NCBI GenBank assembly: GCA_964016885.1
Contig: CAXHJY010000186.1
Coordinates: 1-52,202 of the forward strand
DNA: 52,202 nt
Source: Eledone cirrhosa
Lineage: Eukaryota
Direction of reading: 5' to 3'
A model generated the notes under the pieces. It had not been told where the DNA came from. It was given only the letters and a program-made list of their open reading frames with translations, and made no database searches. The translations under genes and the position numbers were made by a program. This document shows positions 1 to 11,249 of this stretch, one piece after another; position 1 is the first letter of the stretch; every line of letters begins with the position of its first letter.

Positions 1-318
1 TGTGAGGATTTGGCTAGGAACGGCTTTCATATTTTCTATACAAGGCCAACCGTGCTCCTTCAGATTATAATTTATTTGGGATTTTGCACCATTTTATTAA
101 TTGAAAAGAGTACAATTATTTAGAGGCACTTGAAATAGACCGACGCAACCTTTCGTCATCAAAACTGACTGATTTCTATAGGAATGGCATAAGAAACCTT
201 TTACAGCTTTGGAAGAATGATATTGATTTAGATGTGGAATATATATTTGATTAAATTAATGCGTAACTTTTGTTTATTACCTCTTCAAACCATAATACCA
301 GAAACTACATTACTTGTA

Positions 319-320
<2 letters not shown>

Positions 321-357
<37 letters not shown>
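321..357. repeat. (AT)n microsatellite
   Basis: Pure ATAT run read directly from the sequence. Confidence 0.95.
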
Positions 358-358
<1 letters not shown>

Positions 359-1279
359 GTGGTGTGTGTCAAATACGTTTATTGCATGCGCACACACATA
401 CATATATAATTAATCAGATTATAGTGGGTAATGTGAACGGAATGAAATATTAACACAACGGGCGGCTTTCGAACATATGAATACATGGAAAATCGTCGAT
501 TAATGTCTAGACTTTGAAAAATAGTAAATTGTTTATTTTGCCTTACATCTTACAGAAAAAGGCTCACACAAATCAATATATTAAAGAAAATAACTGAATT
601 AGAAGCAGATTTCTGTTTCACGAGTTTATTGACTTGTATTAGAAAACAAAGAGAGAGAAAAAAGAATATGAAATCTTTTATTTTTTTCCTTAATATTGTA
701 AATGGGAAGTTTATATCAATATTTTTTCTTCTCTTTGTGCATGAATCTATAACATCAGAGTGGATTGTCTTCTGACTTCCATCTCCGTCTCTACATTCTG
801 ATCTGCATCATCTGTTTTTCATTTCCAAAACTTCTAAAAATAGAACGATATTTTTTCGATTATATCCCTGCTTTACCTTTTCTGGCCTGGTCATTATTCC
901 AGTCATATGTATGTTGATGGTGTGAGTTTAGAATGTTTCGACATCCAAGTAAATTATCTGACATTTCTGCTATCTATTCTAGATATTTCCGTCTGTAAGT
1001 CAACTTGTGTAATGTCTGCTACTGTTACTTTAACTTCAGCCTCGAAACCACAATTATTTTGTGCAATGTGGAATTATATTTTCTCAATCAATTTTCCAAT
1101 GTTTGGCTGTTCCATTACACTATATATCAGTCATATTTTCTAGTCATTCTCATGTTAGACGTTGGAAGTCGTACACTGTTAATCAAGACCACATCACTTA
1201 TTGTTTTTCAATTCAGTTTTCTTAATCAATGAGATAATCGGGCAGGAGTGTATCTCACTTCACTTGGGGAAAGACTCAC

Positions 1280-1394
1280 CGTCGGATGTAAAGGTTAAAC
1301 GGGACTGGTTGAGCGTCGTAGACTGCTTGTACTAGGATCTTGCACGATGGAAAATATTCACCTGCTTGATATTTAACAAAGTAATCCTGCTCAG
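1280..1394 (+). pseudogene. Possible highly degenerate LSU (28S) rRNA-derived fragment
   Basis: Three colinear motifs: CGTCGGATGT (1280), CTGGTTGAGCGTCGTAGAC (~1306) and GTAATCCTGCTCAG (1381-1394). They resemble my recollection of the eukaryotic LSU 3' segment CGTTGGATTGTT...CTGGGTTTAGACCGTCGTGAGAC...GTAATCCTGCTCAG with similar spacing. The intervening sequence is diverged and no alignment was run. Confidence 0.3.
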
Positions 1395-2844
1395 CGGCAG
1401 TCTCCCCCAGTCAATGTTCTTTGCTGCCGAAATCTCACCTTCTTGTTCAAGCTCTTTCTTTACATACTTGCTCGGACCTCATCCTGGATAATATAGTTTC
1501 TCGCTTTGCTTTAGGGTTTGCCAGCCTGGATATTTGGGAAACAACCCAAACACGCTCTGCTACTTGCCACCGGTAAATTTCTGACATATACACTTCTATT
1601 CATTGCCCCCCCCCCCCCTTCTCACCTTACTGTCAGTTGATGACGTCTGCTAACACAGAGTTCATCTACGACAATATTTCTCTCGTCCACAATACCATGA
1701 AGTTTTCACGGAAACCACTGAATAGGTGTTGAATTGTGTTACGTGTTCCGTTCAATGCTGCACTACTCAGGCTGCGGAAAAGGCCCATCCACCTGTTGAG
1801 AAAGTCACAGATTTTCATTCCAAGGGACTCATACAGGCAGTCTAAATCATATTTCGATTTTTACCAACCCAGTAAAAGTTAAAAGAATGACAAAAATACT
1901 AAAGATAACAACTGTAATATTAAAATCGTTAGAGCCCTTGAAGGGATGCATTACGGTAATTGTTTTGGCTTTATGCGTTCTGAATTCAAACACATTCACA
2001 GTCTACTTGGGTTGTAGTCTTAATCCGTCGTCAGGTTTAATCCCACCTCGCGAAACGTGGGTCTACTCTGTTGCAAACATTCTGGTCAGGTCACCAATTT
2101 GAGAATAACAACCTCTCTTCCTACCACCAGTCTCGGATACACCGAAAGGTTTTATGGACGCTGCTTTTCCCCTATAATAAATAGCTAAATAAACTTCTAC
2201 AACGAAATATTGCTTTTAAATAGTTAAACAGCCAGGAGCTAGAGTATCAAAAATATTATTAGCCGGTTAAATCAAATTGAAAATAATAGCAAGTAATTCA
2301 TATTTCGTTAATCAAAATTTGGAGTAATTCGTTAAATTAAAAGGCTAATAATTAGATATATTTAATAACTAGCTCTTAGCTAGATTAAATTGTTTATTAC
2401 GAGCTTCATTAATTGACGAACTAGTTTTTAGATCAAATATTATGTATTAGTTAGTGTAATTACTAATTATGTAGACTACACTGCAAACAATTAATTAAAC
2501 AAGACAATGAGGGAATTACACCTTCAGGTAAATATCTTGTAAACCAGCTTAACGTACAGTTGCGAATGCAAATTTTGTTCTTGAGCCCGTCCCATCCACT
2601 ACAGCACAGATACCAATGTGGACGTGCTCAAATGCAACAAGTCATCCAGATAGGTTGACCACATTTTCTGCTATAGTTGTGTAGCTTGTTACTCAGAACA
2701 CAGGTTTGTGATTGGTTAACTTTGACAGAATATCCAAGCCAGAATATAATTGCTAGAAAGCGAAAGCGCCTTTTCCAATAGAGTGCACCTACATTAACTG
2801 AATTACAGAGTGATACAAGAATTGAGGAAGACTTTTATAAATAA

Positions 2845-3838
2845 CTAGCATTAAAGCCCGGCGTTGCTCGGGGTCATTTAGTTACCAAAGTTAGGTTGCA
2901 CCACCCATTTTATGGCAGCACTTTTTTGTCTGCCAGGCACTGGGTGAATGAATTGCAGACCTGGAAGCATGAGCTGCGCCAGCAGTGACAATTGTAGTTT
3001 CGCCTATGGATATTATCTCTGTGCAAAAAAGTGTTGAAATTTATTGTTTCACAGTACTTGCGCAACACGCGCGTAGACGATGCCAGCCGAACAACAGAGC
3101 TGAGATGAAGTTGTTCTGCATGGTTGTCTGTGTGTTTTCTAAATTTAAGACAGTAGGGAGGGTTGTGATATGAGGGAGAGTAAGCTGTTGTTTCTAGCAG
3201 GTTTAGTGACCTCATAGAGGATATGTGTTTTCTAAATTTAAGACAGTAGGGAGTGGTGTGATATGGGGGAGAGTTAGCTGCTGTTTCTAGCAGGTTTAGT
3301 GACCTCATAGAAGATATGTTTTCTAAATTTAAGACAGTAGGGAGGGGTGTGATATGGGGGTGAGTTAGCTGCTGTTTCTAGCAGGTTTAGTAACCTCAGA
3401 GGATATGTGTTTTCTAAATTTAAGACAGTAGGGAGTGGTGTGGGGAGGGGTGTGATATGGGGGAGAGTTAGCTGCTGTTTCTAGCAGGTTTAGTAACCTC
3501 ATAGAGGATATGTGTTTTCTAAATTTAAGACAGTAGGGAGTGGTGTGAACGGACAGTATCACCATCAAGCTTGGAAAGAGAAAGTAGCAGAAAGTATGAA
3601 GTTGTATAGATTTTGAATGGTAGTAGAAAGAGTTCAGCAGTTTAAATGAGAGAGAAAAATCGTAAAATATTGAGTTTTATCTATTTTTTGCGTAATTGTG
3701 GGTGAAATTGAAAAAATTATCTGCGTCAAGACGCAATCGAAACTATTTCGAATACTGAATTGTAAATTTCAATTGAAGAAATTCTATATCGTAGATTTCT
3801 ATAACGAAGGAGCATGACCACACACTGAGCTTTATAGA
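2845..3838 (-). mobile_element. Non-autonomous Helitron-like element
   Basis: The minus strand starts A|TCTATAAAGCTCAGTGTGTG (3838) and ends CCCGAGCAACGCCGGG-CTTTAATG-CTAG|T (hairpin 2857-2872, CTAG 2845-2848). A 5' TC, a 3' hairpin plus CTAG, an A|T target and no TSD are the canonical Helitron hallmarks. The 3' end is firmer than the 5' end. Confidence 0.75.
3131..3547. repeat. ~93-bp tandem repeat (~4.4 copies) inside the Helitron
   Basis: Unit TGTGTTTTCTAAATTTAAGACAGTAGGGAG...GACCTCATAGAGGATA restarts at about 3131, 3224, 3315, 3406 and 3511. Confidence 0.95.
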
Positions 3839-4015
3839 TTATGATACCCAGATAAATAAAAGGACTAACATTAGAAAATATTAAATTGTAAAGAGAGATA
3901 GCTGGTCGAGAAGAAGATGCATATATAGAACACATAGCTGCCAGTGTAGTGACGCGAAATCATGACGTGATGTTCGCTCTAGTGCACATGTTTTAGGCAC
4001 ACATTTGCGAAAGCA

Positions 4016-4049
4016 GAATTCGACACAAGTCGCGTGTGGTGTCGAATTC
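4016..4049. repeat. Perfect 11-bp inverted repeat (hairpin)
   Basis: GAATTCGACAC - 12-nt loop - GTGTCGAATTC. Confidence 0.85.
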
Positions 4050-4947
4050 CAAACAGATATATATACAATCTTTCAGCGATACTTTCTTGCTTGGAAAACT
4101 GGAGATGATGTACTTCAAATTTTACTTCGATTTTTTGCCATAACTCTTTAGCCGAACTGAGAAAATGTTGTAAAACGTCTGTAACAATATCTGAAATCAG
4201 GGAAGTAATGAGTAGATGTGTGAAAGTGTGGTAAAAGCATTTGAGTTACGGGGGGTACTGAACAGAGGTGTGAAAGGTTGGTAAAAACATCTGAGATGCG
4301 GGAAATAGTGGGCATTTTTGTGAAATACCTGTAACAACATGTGGAATAAGGGAACTACTGAAGATATGTGCAATAGATAAAACGATGGAGACACGTTGGT
4401 CTGCTCTAAAAGCTTTAACCAAATATGATATGTCAGATTCATTCATCCCTAATTTATATGACATGTAGCATAAGTAACATATTAAGAACAGCCCTAATCC
4501 TCTCAATTCCGGATAAAAGAAGGAAGAGAACATAACTTTGCTTAAGTCAGTTTTAAAAAGTTTAGTAGTGTTGTGAGCTACCTACATGTTAATATCATAA
4601 GCAGACCCTTTCGATTATTGAAGCACATAGAACATTCGTCGTCGTAATCGACGGAGGTCCAAAACACAAATACACGATAATGGTTATTTAATCATCTACA
4701 ACATTTACATGTCAGTAATCACCTTCCACTGCCGTCCTCCTTCTCATTATCATAAACCTTGGTATGATGTATCATCCATATTGAGCATGGAATAAGTATC
4801 TTTTCCGACTGGGGTTCAATTCAATCAACTGCCAGAAATCCTTCACAACATACCAATGCAAGAATCTATCGTTCTCAATACCCTTTGTTTATGATGACAA
4901 ACATCATCCTCGTTATTATACACACATATACACATACACACATATAC

Positions 4948-4967
4948 ATCTATCTATCTATCTATCT
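4948..4967. repeat. (ATCT)5 flank at the 5' end of the retrotransposon (target remnant or TSD)
   Basis: ATCTATCTATCTATCTATCT lies immediately before the element's unique 5' sequence and is the same motif as the 3' flank. Confidence 0.85.
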
Positions 4968-5168
4968 TGATAGAGTGAGACACGCTTCACATCGGCTCCG
5001 CTATTCCATCGGAATTTACCCTTACTATAGTAAGTACCAGTGAATTTTTTCAGTGCAACACATTTGGAACACTTACCCCTGTTATTTAGGGAAACATGTT
5101 TACATTTACCCTCTTTTTAGGGGGTAAAATAAATAACTATTTTGCTGTAAAATTTCTTTCTTGGCAGC

Positions 5169-6679
5169 ATGGCGGAAAAGATGGCAGACATGTCTGCCAT
5201 TAGCTATCCCACGCCCCACAAGTCTGAAGAACAAAAAATGGATACAACAAAACTAGACAACGAAACAAACAAGGAAAATGAAAAAAACAAATGTTACGGA
5301 AAATGAGCAAACGGAAAACAAACAAACAGAAAATAAGAATACAAGCGCAGAGGCTTTCCCTAAGCCCACTCGCATCAACAACATACAACTTCTATCCCTC
5401 CTACATGGGTAGAAGAACACAGAGAGTCAAAATACAAACAATGCTGCCCACAATGGACTTCTGGTGGGCTATTGCTGGCTTCATAGACATGGGCGAGGAC
5501 ACAGTGCTGTCAATGGGGAAGGCATCTGGAGATGCGTTCCTGGGAATGGGCCTCGACCTACTAGTCCAAATGAGGCCCGAAAGAATAGAGCAAATCCCGG
5601 ATCGCATCTGGCTGGATGACCTCACCCCAATATATATAATTGTAGAGGGGAGAAGACCAGCATGCTATTCATGCACGGAAAGAGGACACGTTAAGGCTAA
5701 CTGCCCGAAACGTATCCCCCAAAAAGGACTATTGCCCACACCCACTACAAACAGTACACCAACACCACCCACCTCCAAAAATACACTAATACCACACACA
5801 GCAAACAAAATACAGACACCACCAACCACAAGCACAACACAAACATCACCACCACCAGCACCAAACACAAGCACGACACAAAAATCACCACCACCATCAC
5901 CAACCACAACACAAACATCACCACTACCATCACCAACCACAAGCACGACACAAACATCACCACCACCACCACCACAAAACGCATTCCAAACAAATAATAA
6001 AAAAATAGCAACAAATCTACCCCTCCCGCAAAAAAAAAACAACCAGACCCCACGTCCCTCCCACCTAGCGCTGAAGAGTTTCCCCCAACTTCTGAAGAAG
6101 AAGGAGGAGAAGCCTTCAGACAAGTTAAAAGAAAAAAAAGAAAGCACACACCCAGCACACCACAAATAACCCACACACAAACACCAACTCCAATCAAAAA
6201 CACCCCACCCTCGACAAACAAAAATAAATCTGCGCCTCCCCTCTTCGAAACATTGACAGCATCACAAAAAAAGACTTTGCAATACACATATATAAATAAA
6301 GAAAACAAAAAACTGTTTAAATTAATAAACAATAGCCCTTTGGTGCAGTCCGAAGGGCCAAACTTTATCTCAACAGAGAACTTCACCCATTTAAAAATGA
6401 TAAAGGCCCTCTGGACCTTTATCGTTCCTTAAAAGAACAATTTAAACAGGACGTGAGCCCCCCCCCCCCTGTTTAAAACCGTTAAATCGCGTCCTCTTGA
6501 AATATTTCCCCATAACCTCCCCTCTCCCTGACACAACTCCAAATACCCCAACCCCACCACACTCGGATACCCCCACACCACCACAAAACATCCCTCCACC
6601 CAACACACCCGACGCCATGGAAATTACACAACCTGGAGAGGTAGGTGCTTGTCTTTCTTCACTTTCAACACCAAAATAG
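5169..6679 (+). pseudogene. ORF1 (gag-like nucleic-acid-binding protein), disrupted
   Basis: The likely start is ATG 5169 (MAEKMADM...). The largest piece, 5291-6169, has CYSCTERGHVKANC (CX2CX4HX4C, 5663-5704) and a Pro/Thr-rich linker. After a shift at the A10 run (6030-6039) the frame reads ...EAFRQVKRKKRK..., a basic NLS-like patch. The last piece, 6497-6679, overlaps ORF2. Joins between pieces are inferred. Confidence 0.75.
5821..5970 (+). repeat. In-frame 39/33-bp minisatellite (4 copies) in ORF1
   Basis: Units begin at 5821, 5860, 5899 and 5932 and encode variants of TSTTQTSPPPSPT. Confidence 0.85.
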
Positions 6680-9600
6680 ATCAATTGAGAGTTGGCTGTT
6701 TGAATGCGCGTGGCCTGGGCTCAGCTTGGAAGCAAGCAAAGCTTCTAAGTGACCCCAGGTCACGAAGTATAGATGTGATGGTTGTTTGCGAGAGTCGGAT
6801 CAGCAGCGTGCGACAGCTGGCTCCCACCTTCGATGACTTTGAGATGCACGCATCTCTCTGTCAACCCGGAGGCGGGGGTGGGGTTGCTGTACTGCTGGAT
6901 AAACGTCTGGCTCTCGACGTACAGATTGTTCACTCGGACCCGGGGGGTCGATTACTGGTGCTGGACGTCGGAGGCGGTGAAGGCGGGGCTTTCAGACTGG
7001 TCGGTCTTTATGCCCCCTTCGGGGCTGAAAGAGCCGACTTCTTCCAGCGTCTGGAGACTTTTCTAGGAACGTCGCGTTCCCTGCTTTTAGTGGGGGACTG
7101 GAATGGAATCCTAGATGCGCGTTGGGACTATGCAGGGGCATGTCCCGATAGAGGGGGTGTAGCAGCCTCAAGGGGTTACTCGATCGATTCGACCTGGTCG
7201 ATAGATTTCGACTAGATTTTCCAACTGTGCCAACCTGGACCTGGGCAAACCGCAGTGGTCAATCTAGATCGTACCTAGATAGGTTTTTGGTTAGGAGAAA
7301 GGATAGGGACGTATTTAGTTGTCCAGAATTGCTCATGGTTGGCTATACAGATCACAAATTAGTGACCTGCGTGGTCAACCTTGATAGAACGCATAGACAG
7401 GGTCCCGGTTACTGGAAGATGAACCTGTCCTTGCCGGCAAAGGAAGCTTACAGGAACCGGATTAGTAGCTTAGTTAAGATGCGGTTGACGGGAGCGATCG
7501 TCAACAGCAGGTGGTGGGTATCTCTAAAGAGAGAGATTAGAGTAAGTTCGATAGGTTACAGTAAGGAACTAGCGGCGAATAGAAATAGGAGGGAAAGGGA
7601 GTTAACAGATAAATTAGAAGAGGCGATTAGGAGCGGAGACGTGGCCAGAGTGTTAGCGGCGAGAACGGCGTTGAGCCATTTCTTTGACGCGAAACACGAA
7701 GGCTGCGTTGTCCGAAGTAAAATACGTGCTTTAGGAAACGAGGGGACCAAAGCTGTTAGCTGGGCCCGCGTGACAGAAGCCAAGAGTGGGATTAAATCCA
7801 CCATTCGGTCTTTGCGAGACCAGGATGGACGAGTGATCCTTGAACCTGAGTGGATGTGCGAGGCCTTTCAAAGGCACTTTGCTCGACTGTTCGGAGGGGG
7901 CGGGGGGCTGGACGAGGATGTGGACTTCAGTCCATACCTCGACGGTCTACCGCGTCTTTCGAGCGGCGAAGCGGAGTGCTGCGAAAGGCCAATCACAGCC
8001 ACTGAAATCGGGGAAGCGCTCAGCCAATGCAGCAGACGCAAATCTCCGGGTCTCGATGGTCTACCATACGAACTTTATTTAGCTATGCCGGTCTTGTTCT
8101 CCGAACTCCTCGAGGCTGTCTATTGCAACTGGCAACAGAACGGGAGAATTCCATTCCCTGTTCTGTGACCAAGGGCGTAGTCACGCTAGTGAGGAAGGAC
8201 GAGAGCAAGGGGGACGACTTAAGTAACTTTAGGCCCATAACTCTGCTGAATGCAGAGTTACAGATTTTGGCCAAGGTGTTGGCGAAGAGGTTGGCGCTTG
8301 TGGTGGGTGGTTTGGTGGGAGACGCGCAGACATGCGCTATCCCGTCCAGGTCCATTCACGACAACCTCCACCTCATGCGATACATTGTAGAGAGGGTTGG
8401 GAACGAACCCGGCTTTGGTGGGGCCCTGATCAACTTGGATCAATCTAAGGCGTTCAATAGGGTCGACCATGGTTACCTGGATGCGGTGCTAGCGGCGGCG
8501 GGCTTCGGACCCGTTTTCAGGGGCTGGATGTCTGCCATGCACAGTGGCAACATCTACTCTAGGATTAAAGTAAACGGCTATCTCTCGGAGCCGTTTCAAA
8601 TCACCCAGTCCATCAGACAGGGGTGCCCCCTCTCCTCCCTTCTGTACGTATTGACTCTCGAGCCACTTCTGCGGAAGTTGGAGTTGCTGCGGGGCATACC
8701 CCTGGAACCGGGATTGCAGAAAGCGGTCTCGGCCTATGCCGACGACGTAACAGTAATGGTGGCGGACGCTTCGGAAATAGGGGCGATCGCCACCCTACTG
8801 GAGGAATACGAAAGTCTGACGGGGGCCGGTGAAGCTGCTCGGGGTCTGGTTCGGACCGGACCTCCAGGTGGAGAAGAATTGGGGCGAGGTGACGAGCAGG
8901 GTGTTTGCGCTGACCCAGAAGTGGGCCAAGTGCAAACTATCACTGAAAGGTCGGGCGGAGGTGACGAACGCTTACATAGCGTCCGTCATCTACTACCGCC
9001 TGACCGTCGTGCCTTGCCCCAAGGAAACGCTCACCATCATGGAGCGCATGCTCTTCCAGTTCCTCTGCAAGAAGCGGCCTCCCATGGTGAGGAGATCCAT
9101 CTGCTGCCAGCACCCTTCGAAAGGAGGGCTGGGTATGCCGTGGCTGTTGATGCGTAGGCACGCATTGAGGCTACGGCATCTACAGGTATTCCTCACCGGT
9201 CAGCCGGTGTGGGCCCCGTTTGTGAGGCGAGCCTTCCTACAGCTCGTCTCGCTCACCGAGCTGCAATCCTGGGTGAAGCAAAGACCGAGAAAACTGGGCA
9301 ACTGGCACACCGAGTGTGCCCAGGCGCTCACGGCTCTCTGGCAAGCGGACCCGACTATCAGTGGAGAATCCACCTCGACATTCTATAGAGGGCTGGTGGC
9401 TAGCAGGGGCGACGACACCCTTGGAGAGTCGCTAGGCATGGCGGAGGACAAACTGGCCAGCCTGTTCGGTAGAACTTTCGGCCCGGGACTCATGGACAAC
9501 TACCAGAGGTCCCTAGCCTGGCAGTGCTACCGGGGGGCTCTGCCCGTTCGAGAAAAGCTCTACAGACACGGGCGCCCGGGCAGGGATCCCGCGAAAAAGA

Positions 9601-10019
9601 TCTGTCCCAGATGCGTGCGCGACGAGGAAACCGTTGCGCATGCACTGGTACACTGCCCGGGCGTTGCCGATCTGTGGGGCTACGTCGAACGACTGCTGTC
9701 GCGTGTGGCACCGATTCGATTGACCGCCGAGTCTCTGGTGAACATCAAGCCGCCTCCTCCCTTCAGAAATGAAGCAGAGGCGGTCTTTCTGTGCGTAATA
9801 GCCATGATGAAAGAGGTTGTGTGGTGGACGCGCCTGAAAGGTCTGAGGTCGGGTGACTTTCTCTCCGGCCAACACCTGGTTTACTTCTTCCGATACCACT
9901 TCGGAAGAAGGATCAGGATGGAGAGAGAAGTGCTTGGCCCCAGACAGTTTTATGAAAGGTGGGTGAAAGAAGCGAGAATGGCTCGTGTAAATGGGCCTTC
10001 TCTCTACATTGTTCTGTAG
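6649..10019 (+). pseudogene. ORF2 (APE endonuclease - reverse transcriptase - zinc finger), split into four frames
   Basis: APE motifs: LNARGL, CESR, LYAP, GDWN, TW, YLDRFL, TDH. RT motifs: NFRPITLLN, LDQSKAFNRVDH, RQGCPLS, YADD (8735-8746), KLLGV. C-terminal CPRC-x8-H-x4-C at 9603-9656; stop at 10017-10019. Lesions: -1 in G5 at 7153-7157, an ATTCC duplication at 8148-8157, and a deletion at ~8825. Confidence 0.93.
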
Positions 10020-10220
10020 GTGAAGAAGTGAAGAGGAAAGGGGGTGCGCCTCCTCTCTGGGCTTCCCCCGCGAAAAGAGTTGCACACTTTTCGAGGGTAT
10101 GTGCAATCCCTTTTGAGGACTTTTTATTATATTATTCTTATTGTTATGCCTTTTTCTTTACTCGCATTTCTGTACCCCCCCCCCTGTGTATTTGTCCCCT
10201 TCTCTTGTGCCCTAGTGGCA

Positions 10221-10226
10221 AATAAA
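10221..10226 (+). terminator. Polyadenylation-type signal AATAAA at the element 3' end
   Basis: AATAAAGAAA lies directly before the (TCTA)n tract, with no poly(A) tail. Confidence 0.7.
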
Positions 10227-10229
10227 GAA

Positions 10230-10310
<81 letters not shown>
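10230..10310. repeat. (ATCT)20 tract at the element 3' end
   Basis: Uninterrupted tetranucleotide run. Confidence 0.97.
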
Positions 10311-10311
<1 letters not shown>

Positions 10312-10314
10312 TCA

Positions 10315-10380
10315 TCTCTCTCTCTCTCTTTATATATATATGTATATTTATACTCACATATACATATATTTATGTATATA

Positions 10381-10457
<77 letters not shown>

Positions 10458-10458
10458 G

Positions 10459-10490
<32 letters not shown>

Positions 10491-10569
10491 CGATTGTATA
10501 GCACATATAAATATATATATTCATATATACATAAATATATGTATATGTGCGTATATATATATATATATA
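10315..10569. repeat. Compound (TC)n/(TA)n/(TG)n microsatellite
   Basis: Read directly; includes a long pure TA run at about 10385-10456. Confidence 0.93.
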
Positions 10570-11249
10570 CGTCTTTTATATTATTGTTCTGCATTCTCCT
10601 GCATCGAACCACCTAGGTACTATGACATAACCTGTGTATTTGCTGGCATGAGCGTACATCTGTGCGCTTATGTTAGTAGATATATTAAATTATCTATATT
10701 TATCTCCAAATCACTGATTTGTCGAGCAAACCTGCCAAAACCACTTCTAAAAATTTTTTTTGGGGGTGTTAGTAGGCGCTTGTCATCTTACCACCCCATT
10801 CCTACTGACTAGCCTCTGTGTCACGTGATTGATTCTTTAGAATCGGCCATATGATCAGTGGCAGTGAGAATTTTCAGTAGCTGGAATCCAGTCCTCGATA
10901 GCTGTTCCATTTACCGAATTATTATTATTTTTATATGAGTCGCCAGTGTCCGCCCATCGCCTGGAGACTCGGCTGAGAATGACCTCCCTGATGACGCAAT
11001 GAAATTCTCAACGGTTCATTACGTAACTGTCTTTATCCCATTGCAGAAACTAATTAGTTGGAGTGAAAATTTAAGTAAGCAAGTTAATTTTTTTTTTAAA
11101 TTTAAAAAAAAAATTTTCTTATTTTACGTCTTTTATATTATTGTTCTGCATTCTCCTGCATCGAACCACCTAGGTACTATGACATAACCTGTGTATTTGC
11201 TGGCATTGGCGTACATCTGTGCGCTTATGTTAGTAGATATATTAAATTA

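Larger units (their letters stand above)
4968..10229 (+). mobile_element. Near full-length L1/Tx1-clade non-LTR retrotransposon (LINE), frameshifted
   Basis: ~200-bp 5' UTR, ORF1 with a CCHC knuckle, ORF2 with APE endonuclease, RT and C-terminal zinc finger, ~200-bp 3' UTR, AATAAA at 10221 and (ATCT)n on both sides. RT motifs RPITLLN, AKVLAKRL, RQGCPLS, AYADD and KGGLG are L1/Tx1-type. Confidence 0.92.

Noticed and set aside
690-2830. Possible decayed coding or TE fragments and short ORFs
   Set aside because: Frames are stop-ridden and I recognise no motif; a translated search would be needed.
2910-3568. 132-aa and 67-aa ORFs with a repeated peptide
   Set aside because: Translation of the 93-bp tandem repeat inside the Helitron.
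5200-10106. Antisense and alternate-frame ORFs within the LINE
   Set aside because: Shadow ORFs of GC-rich or low-complexity coding sequence, with no motifs.
10044-10812. ORFs with IYLS/IY repeats
   Set aside because: Translations of microsatellites.
10972-11012. Hammerhead ribozyme (CTGATGA-CGCAAT-GAAA with TGAGAAT/ATTCTCA stem)
   Set aside because: Core-like words are present, but stem II does not pair, there is no stem I, and the cleavage-site base would be G. An Infernal search would be needed to rescue it.
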